Below the pieces are notes generated by a model. It saw nothing but the letters and a program-made list of their open reading frames with translations. It was not told where the DNA came from and did not search any database. A program made the position numbers and the translations under genes. Below are positions 36,981 to 45,100 of a DNA stretch of 46,251 nucleotides, piece after piece (the stretch's first letter is position 1; the number at the start of each line of letters is the position of its first letter). Where the stretch lies: NCBI GenBank assembly GCA_003135635.1, contig PLCJ01000003.1:119087-165337 (forward strand), read 5' to 3'. The DNA comes from Candidatus Adlerbacteria bacterium. Its GTDB lineage: Bacteria > Patescibacteriota > Minisyncoccia > Phycocordibacterales > SBAW01.

Positions 36981-37967
36981 TTATATACGACGCTTTTTGA
37001 CTGCCCGGATGGCAGAGACAATGTGCGAGATCCCCATCCCATAGTGCTCAAGCAATTCCTTGGGGGTGCCTGACTGGCCAAACTGATCATGCACGCCGAT
37101 ATATTCTATCGGTAAAGGAGCCGCTCCTCCAAGAAGCTCTGCAATGGCGCTTCCAAGGCCCCCGGCGATCTGATGCTCTTCAACGGTTACGACTGCCCCT
37201 GCCATTTTTGCGTAGTTAATGATGGTACCCTGATCCAGCGGCTTTATCGTATGCACATTTATCACTACCACGGGAATTTCTCCTTCCAATTGTTTTGCGG
37301 CACACAGTGCATTGTACAGAAGCGGCCCCGTAGCGAAAATTGCAACCATGGGTGCGTTAGATTCCCAAAAAACTATCGCCTTACCAATCGTAAAGGGAGT
37401 CCCTGGGCTGGTCATGAGGGGCATTTTCTCCCGTCCAAAACGTAAGTACACGGGGCCAGGGGTCTGCGCAGAGGCAATCGTTGCTTTTCGTGCTTCCTCT
37501 GCATCGCACGGCGAGATGACTATCATGCGTGGCAGTATTCGCATGAGTGCTATATCTTCAAGCGCTTGATGGGTGGCGCCGTCTGGTCCTACTGAGACCC
37601 CCGCATGCATGCCGGCGATCTTGACTGGTACATTATTGATGGCAATAGTGGTTCGAATCTGCTCATTATTTCTGCCGGGGGAGAATGTTGCGTAGGAAGC
37701 GATAAAAGGAATTTTTCCATAGTTGGCAAGACCACTTGCGACCGTTGCTAAATTTTGTTCGGCAACCCCTGCCTCGATATATCGCTCGGGAAACTTCTCC
37801 TTAAACGGAAGTGTGCGTGTTGATTCAGCTAAATCTGCGCACACGACAACCACCCGAGGGTCATCATGACCGAGTTGAAGAAGCGCGTTGCCAAATCCGT
37901 CGCGTGTCGCAACTTCTTCGTGTAGATTAAAAAGATCCTCTCGCAGATGCGCACTGACTTCAAGCAT
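36981..37967 (-). CDS. Transketolase C-terminal subunit
   Basis: ATRDGFG, ADLAEST, GVAEQN, GPDGATHQALED, GPVYLRFGR, VTVEEH. Confidence 0.95.
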   Translation of the reverse strand: MLEVSAHLREDLFNLHEEVATRDGFGNALLQLGHDDPRVVVVCADLAESTRTLPFKEKFPERYIEAGVAEQNLATVASGLANYGKIPFIASYATFSPGRNNEQIRTTIAINNVPVKIAGMHAGVSVGPDGATHQALEDIALMRILPRMIVISPCDAEEARKATIASAQTPGPVYLRFGREKMPLMTSPGTPFTIGKAIVFWESNAPMVAIFATGPLLYNALCAAKQLEGEIPVVVINVHTIKPLDQGTIINYAKMAGAVVTVEEHQIAGGLGSAIAELLGGAAPLPIEYIGVHDQFGQSGTPKELLEHYGMGISHIVSAIRAVKKRRI

Positions 37968-38048
37968 ATAGTCGATAGTACCACGTGAACTATTTTTATT
38001 GGCAGCTCGATGAGGGTAAGGTCTCTACGTTGTATAGGTATGGAAAAA

Positions 38049-38903
38049 TTATTCATGTTCGCTTGAAATGCGACCCTTGAGTGTCCGCAGCTCATGCAAA
38101 AAGCGCTGTGCTTGCTCTTTAGTAGGAGGTTTTCCATGCCAAGTGTAATCAAACTCAATTTCCTTGATACCTTTACCGGGAATCGTATGCGCAATAATCA
38201 CCGTTGGTTTTTCATAAATCGCTTTTGCTTCTTCAATACTATCGATAAAAGCGCGGATGTTATGACCATCCACCTCAAGTACATGCCAGTTAAATGCTTC
38301 ATATTTAGCTGCAATATTCTCAAGCGGCATGACGTCCTCGGTCATACCGTTTATTTGTATATTGTTGCGGTCAATAATCGCGATGAGGTTGGAGAGTTTG
38401 TTGTTGCCCGCAAACATCGCCGATTCCCAGGTATTGCCCGCATCTTGCTCGCCATCGCTCATCACGCAGTACACGCGAAATTTTTTATTATCGAGCCGTG
38501 CGCCGAGCGCATACCCTGCTGCCTGGCCAAGCCCACTGCCGAGTGGCCCCGAGGTCGCCTCAAGGCCGGGAAGCCGCATACGCTCTGGATGACCTTGCAA
38601 ACGGGAGCCAAACTTCCGCAGCGTGAGACATTCCTCAAGTGGAAAATATCCCGCGTGGGCCATCGCGGCGTAGCGCACCGGAACAATGTGGCCATTTGAA
38701 AGAAAAAGACGATCACGCTCAGCCCACTCGGGGTGCTCGGGATCATGACTCAGGACATGAAAATAAAATGCGGCGAAAATATCCGCCATGCCCATGGGCC
38801 CTGCCGTGTGCCCAGACCCAGCTGCCACAAGCATGGTAATGATGGTCTCGCGAATCGCTTCTGCCTTGAGTTCGATGCGGCGTATGTCGGCGCCCAGCAA
38901 CAT
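38049..38903 (-). CDS. Transketolase N-terminal subunit
   Basis: GSGH, RDRLFLSNGH, RLQGHP, TSGPLGSG, SDGEQDAG..DRNNIQ (TPP motif), HTIPGKG. Confidence 0.95.
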   Translation of the reverse strand: MLLGADIRRIELKAEAIRETIITMLVAAGSGHTAGPMGMADIFAAFYFHVLSHDPEHPEWAERDRLFLSNGHIVPVRYAAMAHAGYFPLEECLTLRKFGSRLQGHPERMRLPGLEATSGPLGSGLGQAAGYALGARLDNKKFRVYCVMSDGEQDAGNTWESAMFAGNNKLSNLIAIIDRNNIQINGMTEDVMPLENIAAKYEAFNWHVLEVDGHNIRAFIDSIEEAKAIYEKPTVIIAHTIPGKGIKEIEFDYTWHGKPPTKEQAQRFLHELRTLKGRISSEHE

Positions 38904-38975
38904 GTCTCCATGCTAGCACAAGACTACCAATTAGATTGTTGAACTATATAACTTCCTAAGAGTTATACTGAAAGT

Positions 38976-39452
38976 ATGAAAAAGCGCGGCTTTACCCTTA
39001 TAGAACTTTTAGTAGTAATCGCTATCATTGGAATCTTGGCCTCAATTATACTGGTATCCTTAAATGGAGCTCGTGCCAAAGCTCGTGATGCTGCGCGACT
39101 GGAATCGCTACATCAAATGGCACTCCTCATTGATGAGGCAGACAGTGGAGTGGAGACCCCTCTTCAGGGATGCACCGGTGGATATGTTGATGCAAGCAGC
39201 TGTACCGGGCCTGCTCCAGTCAACTTTGCATCCTATAAAGATCCAAGCAATTCAGTCACCCCTTGTACAAGCGCCTCAACCGGCGTGTGCCAGTATTCAA
39301 TATCCAACAGATTGGTGGTAGGTGGAGCGGGAGCTACTACGGAGCACTATCAGATTTGTTCATGGCTTGAGGTTGGCACTCCCTCGCTACCCGCTGGATT
39401 AGTGCGCGTTACCACGGCCAGTAGTGAAGCGGTTCAACCGACTTGTCCTTAA
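38976..39452 (+). CDS. Type IV pilin (six Cys in head domain)
   Basis: MKKRG|FTLIELLVVIAIIGILASI class III signal peptide. Confidence 0.92.
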   Translation: MKKRGFTLIELLVVIAIIGILASIILVSLNGARAKARDAARLESLHQMALLIDEADSGVETPLQGCTGGYVDASSCTGPAPVNFASYKDPSNSVTPCTSASTGVCQYSISNRLVVGGAGATTEHYQICSWLEVGTPSLPAGLVRVTTASSEAVQPTCP

Positions 39453-39460
39453 AAAGGTTT

Positions 39461-40147
39461 CTATATTTTTTCTTTGAGCGCGCGCAAATGAACACGAGGA
39501 TCACCGTGTGCAAAAATCGCTGACCCTACCACCAGTCGTGTTGCTCCAGCGCCAAGAAGCTCTTTGATAATATCTTCCCTTACGCCGCCATCAATTTGTA
39601 TGGGAAGGGTGGGATACGTGGCTTTAAGTTCTCTAATAAGTGTAAGCGCGTGCTTATCAAACGGCTCACCCTGGCGTCCGATTTCTGCAATACCCATTAC
39701 TTGAACATAATCAAAAAGACCTTCAAAGGGAGTGAGCGCTCTGGGCGAAGCGGTAGAAGTAAGTGCCACTCCAACTACTATTGGATAGGCACTTTGCCGA
39801 CTGGCCTTAAGAGCGTTTAGTGCTATGGATGCATCGGGGCTCTCTGCATGAATAACGATTCGAGAAGCTCCTGCACTCACCCACTCCCCAGCATCGCGTG
39901 CACTTTTTACCACCATGAGATCTATTTCAAAATTAAATTCTTCCCGCAAGGGAAGTGCCTCGCTGCCCGAGCATATTGCGGAAAATTCTTCAGAGCCTTG
40001 GGGTGTGTAGGGCCAAGAATACTCGGGAGTAAATATTCCATCAACGACATCAAGCTGTACCGTGGGCGCGATACCCACGACCTGCTTAAGCTGCAGTGTT
40101 ATTTCGGTAAGCGATTTTTGCAAAATCGCTGGAATAAGATCAGCCAT
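39461..40147 (-). CDS. rpe: Ribulose-phosphate 3-epimerase (divergent)
   Basis: IPAIL, DVVDGIF, DLMV, IHAES, QVMG..GRQGEPF, IQIDGGV, VVGSAIF. Start placed at ATG 40147. Confidence 0.85.
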   Translation of the reverse strand: MADLIPAILQKSLTEITLQLKQVVGIAPTVQLDVVDGIFTPEYSWPYTPQGSEEFSAICSGSEALPLREEFNFEIDLMVVKSARDAGEWVSAGASRIVIHAESPDASIALNALKASRQSAYPIVVGVALTSTASPRALTPFEGLFDYVQVMGIAEIGRQGEPFDKHALTLIRELKATYPTLPIQIDGGVREDIIKELLGAGATRLVVGSAIFAHGDPRVHLRALKEKI

Positions 40148-40586
40148 GATCAAGCTTTGCGATGCGGCGAAGATGCCGCTCAGCGCCAGAAAAAGCTGTC
40201 TCAAGCCAGATGCGCGTGGCGGCCAGCGCCTCCTCAGGCGAAAGAAAACGCGCAGCCAGCGAGAGAATATTGCAGTCATTGTGCTCGCGGGAAAGCCGAA
40301 GAATATCGAGAGATCCTCCGTAATACACTGCTGCCCGCGCGCCGGGGACTCGGTTTGCCGCTACCGCTTCCCCTTCTCCCGAAGCACCAATCACGATACC
40401 TATACGATCTTTTTCTTGTGCTACTTTTTTTGCAAGCGGGATGATGTAGTCGGGATAATCATCCAGAGGGTCAAGCGTGTGGGGTCCCAGGTCCTCAATG
40501 TCATGGCCGTCTTGCTGCAGATGTTTTAGGAGAAACTCTTTCAGAGCAAATCCCGCATGATCAGAAGCAACGTAGATTTTTTTCAT
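40140..40586 (-). CDS. rpiB: Ribose-5-phosphate isomerase B
   Basis: ASDHAGFALK, DDYPD, GASGEGE, AANRVPGARAA, REHNDCNIL, RHLRRI. Start placed at ATG 40586. Confidence 0.93.
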   Translation of the reverse strand: MKKIYVASDHAGFALKEFLLKHLQQDGHDIEDLGPHTLDPLDDYPDYIIPLAKKVAQEKDRIGIVIGASGEGEAVAANRVPGARAAVYYGGSLDILRLSREHNDCNILSLAARFLSPEEALAATRIWLETAFSGAERHLRRIAKLDHG

Positions 40587-40594
40587 AGTACACT

Positions 40595-41116
40595 TCAGCA
40601 ACCACCACTCCACGGTCCGGTGCCCAGATAAATTGAAGGGGTTCCTCCACCTCCACTGGTCCAACCTCGGACAGTATCGATCAAATTAGAAGAGAAATCA
40701 CTAAAGTTTTCAGGGGTGCGCCATATAAGGATGCAGTAATTGCTGCCCGTGGCATCTGAAAGATATAAATACCCAGCATCTCCCGTAGCGCCACTTGGAT
40801 CTTTAGGAGGAGTAGGGAGATACGCTTGCAGTGCCGCCGTAAGGTTCGCTGCATTTGGATTTGTGATTGCAGTGCCGCTATATGCAGGAGAATCAAATGA
40901 TGCCCACGTAGCGACGATAGGATAGTGACCGTTATCATTGTTATACATTTCGACCGCTGATTGTATGGTGCTGAGGTCAGAGGTTCGCCGTACGTCCCGA
41001 GCTTTTATGCGCGCACTATTAAGTGATACCAATACAATGGAAGCCAAAATGCCGATGATGGCGATAACGACAAGCAGTTCGATAAGGGTGAAACCTTTTG
41101 ACAATTTATAGCTCAT
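40595..41116 (-). CDS. Type IV pilin / GspG-like pseudopilin
   Basis: KG|FTLIELLVVIAIIGILASI..ARDVRR..AVEMYNNDNGHYP..PKDP; Cys pair including the terminal Cys. Confidence 0.92.
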   Translation of the reverse strand: MSYKLSKGFTLIELLVVIAIIGILASIVLVSLNSARIKARDVRRTSDLSTIQSAVEMYNNDNGHYPIVATWASFDSPAYSGTAITNPNAANLTAALQAYLPTPPKDPSGATGDAGYLYLSDATGSNYCILIWRTPENFSDFSSNLIDTVRGWTSGGGGTPSIYLGTGPWSGGC

Positions 41117-41131
41117 ACAATCTTGGTGTCA

Positions 41132-42148
41132 CTACAAAACATACTTCCCCATCTCAATAATATGTCGCAGAAGTGTATGCGCATACCCCATTTCATTATC
41201 ATACCAGGCAAGGACTTTCACTAATGTGCCTCCCACAACCCGGGTGAGCGCGAGGTCGGCAATGCTCGCGTGTGGATTGCCGATGACATCGGAGGATACC
41301 CAAGGTTCGCGCGTGGTAGTAAAAATCCCTTGCCAACGTTTCTCCCCGGCAGCTTTTTCCAATATGTTATTTATCTCTTCGGCTGTGGTAGTGCGCTTGA
41401 TGACACAGGTAATGTCAGCAAGAGAACCCGCAATGACGGGTACGCGCACGGCAATACCATCAAATTTTCCCGCAAGAGCGGGGTATGCTTTTGTCACCGC
41501 GATCGCTGCACCCGTTGAAGAGGGGGCCATGTTGTGTGCTGCGGCTCTACCGCGGCGCAGGTCATCCCCCTTAACAGGCGAGTCAACAAGGGATTGGGTA
41601 GCGGTATAGGCATGCGTCGTATTGAGTATCGCCTTTTCTATTCCGAAAGCTTCATCAAGAATCGCAATGACGGGGCTTGCAGCGTTAGTGGTGCAGGAGG
41701 CGTTTGAGGTTATGGTGGAGGTCGCGAAATTCTCTTCGTTTACTCCGATCAGTACCGTGGCGGCACCCGGCATCTCGTCTTTGGCAGGGGCTGAGATGAC
41801 TACTCGCTTTGCGCCAGCGCTGAGATGCATGCTTGCTTTTTCAAAGCTATCAAAGGCGCCTGTTGATTCCAAGGCGACATCAATCTGGAGATTTCTCCAG
41901 GGTAATGTCTTTGGGTCTTTTTCTTGCGTAAAGGAAATTTTTTTGCCCTCAATGATAAGGGCTTCTGGTTGTGTGCTCACGGAAAAGGGTGCAGTACCAT
42001 ACACGCTGTCGTATTTAAGGAGATAGGCAAGAGTAGTGAGATCCCCGAGATCGTTAATGGCGACAATGTCTATGTCGCTCTCAGCAATCGCTGCGCGCAA
42101 GAAGCACCGTCCGATGCGTCCGAATCCATTTATCGCAACTCGTGTCAT
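41132..42148 (-). CDS. gap: Glyceraldehyde-3-phosphate dehydrogenase (type I)
   Basis: INGFGRIGR, ESTG, SNASCTTN, PSSTGAA, WYDNEMGY. Confidence 0.97.
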   Translation of the reverse strand: MTRVAINGFGRIGRCFLRAAIAESDIDIVAINDLGDLTTLAYLLKYDSVYGTAPFSVSTQPEALIIEGKKISFTQEKDPKTLPWRNLQIDVALESTGAFDSFEKASMHLSAGAKRVVISAPAKDEMPGAATVLIGVNEENFATSTITSNASCTTNAASPVIAILDEAFGIEKAILNTTHAYTATQSLVDSPVKGDDLRRGRAAAHNMAPSSTGAAIAVTKAYPALAGKFDGIAVRVPVIAGSLADITCVIKRTTTAEEINNILEKAAGEKRWQGIFTTTREPWVSSDVIGNPHASIADLALTRVVGGTLVKVLAWYDNEMGYAHTLLRHIIEMGKYVL

Positions 42149-42171
42149 ATGTGATTCATTATATAGCTCTT

Positions 42172-45100
42172 TTAATTTCCGCTTGGGGTGGTTGTTCCTG
42201 TGCCACTAATCGTTGTAGTTGCACTGCTCGTGTTATTTGCATTGGGATCAATGATGTTCACGGTGCGTGTTGCTGTAGCGATGTTTCCTGCTTGGTCGGT
42301 AGCGCTGTAGAGAATACTGTGGGTACCTGCTGCGGAGGTGTCTATATGTATTTGATCTGGAGTCGTCGTTGCTCCCCCATCCAGCGAAACACTGTAGCCG
42401 AGGTTTGGATCTGTGGAATCCACGACGGTGGCACCAAGATCGATGTAGCTTTCTCCAATGTTAAGTGTCGCAGGGTTATTCCCCTTTATGGTGATGGTGG
42501 GCGGGGTGGTGCCGGTTGAAGTTCCTGCGCTACTGCTGCTTGGAGTACTTTGCGTGTTGGATGCCATTGCAAGGAGTGTTTGGAGTTGCGTTTCAGTGAC
42601 ACACGTAGCACCGAGGCAGAGTTTTTGTGCATATACGGTGTCGGCGGTAATGGTTTGCGCAAAAACAGTATTGAATACTCCAACACTTGCATGTACCGCA
42701 AGACCGAGCTCTCGCACGCCATTTTGTGTAATACCGCTGAGCGCCCCAAGCGCTCCGGAGAGTGCACTTTGAAGGCTTGCACTTGCTGAGGCAAATGGAC
42801 CAGCGATAAGAGCTTGGGGAGTTGTTGTTGCGCTAGAGGAGGCAATTATTTGTGCAAGTGCAAGAGTATTGAGACCTGGCTGTGGATTTATAAATACATC
42901 GATGGTACTGCTGGTTGCAATCGTGGGATATGGTTGCAGCGCCACGCCTACTGACTGATCAAGCAGCTCCCCCTTCATACCAATGCCGGGCTGAGATGAG
43001 AGTGTAATACGATCACCTACATTGATGGGTCCGTTTTCCAGATTCACCTTAACCGGTACACGACCGGAAAGTGCAACGGGGCGCGTTGAAGTAGATACTG
43101 TGCCAAGCAGTACTCCTGGATTTGTTGATACTACTCCAAGAAATGTAGTAGTTGCTGCACTTGCTCTCATAATAAACTCTGGGTTATTTGGATCAAAGGT
43201 GACAATATCACCCGAAGCAAGAGAGAGATCGACCGTCGAGTACACTTCTGCAATGTCAACGCCAGCAGTGAAGTTAGATGAGTCACCTTCAACTAATCCT
43301 GCGGTACTGGCACATTGGCCAGTTTGTCCTCCACCAGGACCCTTAGCAGCACAGATAGAACCAACCACCGTAAGTGTTGCCAGAGGTGTTGAGGTGCCGA
43401 TGCCGACGTTGCCTCGCGCTGTGCCCCCGCTAGTGTCGCCTAAAATAACATTACCCGCTGTGCCGCCGCCATTGGGAGCACCACCAGTGATATAGATATT
43501 CCCTCCGTTGCCTGCGGCGCCATTCCCGCCTACCCCACCCAATAACTCAACAATACCCGCAGCTCCTGCAGACGTTAGTCCAAAACCACCACCACCAGCC
43601 GTCAAGGTAAGGTTGCCGCCTTGTCCGCCAAAAGAAGAGGTGCCTCCGCCTGATCCGCCTTGTCCACCAGTTAGAGCGAAAGTGCCGCCTGTTCCGCCAA
43701 AACCGTTGGTTGGTGTTCCAGTGATATTACCGCCCAATCCGGTTGTCAGAGTTATACCACCACCTTGGCCACCAATAGCATTAGATCCGCTAAAGGAAGT
43801 GTCACCGCCACCAGCGAGGCCGCTAATTAACTGTGTTGTTCCTGTGCTTCCAGTTGATATACTATTCGCCGCACGATTCGGAGGTGTTAGGTTGAGTGTT
43901 CCCAAGAGTGTTGTTTGTCCGGTTACGGCCAAGGTGCCTGTTGCGGTAATATTTGCTGCAGTTAAGTTTCCAGAGAAGAAGCTATTACCTTGCACAGAGA
44001 GTGTTGCGAAGGGAGTCGTGGTACCAATGCCGACGTTGCCTGCAAAATAGTTATTATCAGAAGATCCAGCTTGATAAATTCCAAAAGGATTTGTTATTCC
44101 TGATCCTGCCTGGGCATCTATATACACTCCATAGTCATTGGTGATCGCTCCCGGAACACCTCCACCTCGCACCCACAATCCTCGATAATTAGTGATAAGA
44201 TTCCCCGAACCCACCGCCGGAGTTTCGGCTTGAAATGTCGATGCATCCGTCGAAGATGCAAGTGTGCCGTCAACAGCAATATTTGCAGTAACTGCGCTCA
44301 TCTGCGTTGCGAGATATCCAACACTGGCATTTTCTGCAACATAGCGGTTAGTGATTGACCCACCACGCACAGTCAGAGTCAGATTGCCTGTTGCCGTTGG
44401 GCCCATTACGCTAAAGGAGTTCAATCCCTGTGAAGTCGCGCCCGCGCTTGCGCCTCCGTTATATACCGCAGTAAGGGCGCCAGCACGGATTGGATTTGTG
44501 GCAGCACTCGTCGTTCCAACAACGAATGTATCCCTATTATTCACTGCTGGCGAACTACCGCTTCCGACAATAGGAATGCCAATTGTTGAATATGAGAGTG
44601 GAGATCCTAGGTTCGTAATCCAGACATTTCCGTTTACTGAGAGCGTTTGGCTCGGAGTTGAAGAACCAATACCGACGTTGCCAGAGGTGTCTATGCGCAT
44701 GCGCTCTGTATTGTTAGTGCCAAAAACCATCGGAGAGTTGGTAAATGTTCCGACGCCAAAAATCGCGCCGTTTTGCGGTTGAGCAAGAATCAACGCTGCA
44801 TTGGTCATTGAGTTGCTAAGGAGAGTTTCGCTGTATGACGGACCGTGGACACGAAAATCAAGAGTCGCACCAGCTCCTGTACCACTCATGACACCAACAT
44901 TACTGATGATTCTCCCCGCATTGTTGCCATTTGAAAATTGCGTGCTGAACATAAGCGTTGTCGATGCAACAATATTTAACATACTTACCGGGTTTGTCGT
45001 CCCGATGCCGACATTGCCGTTATTAGCAACTATAAAGTTCGTAGCAGTAGATGATCCCACTACGAATTGTGGGGTACCAGCCGCAAGACCATTTGCGTTT

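Noticed and set aside
5591-40664. Long N-terminal extensions and overlaps in ORF-track calls (rpsP 6172, rnr 6027, dnaE 12738, rpsB 31052, rpe 40279, rpiB 40664, 37090)
   Set aside because: These come from choosing the most upstream start. Homology begins at downstream ATGs, several of which have a -10 box just upstream.
38985-41100. Inverted pilin 5' ends flanking ~2.1 kb, resembling a pilin-inversion switch
   Set aside because: The two N-terminal coding regions differ at most synonymous positions (longest identity about 8 nt), both genes are complete, and no invertase is present in the window.
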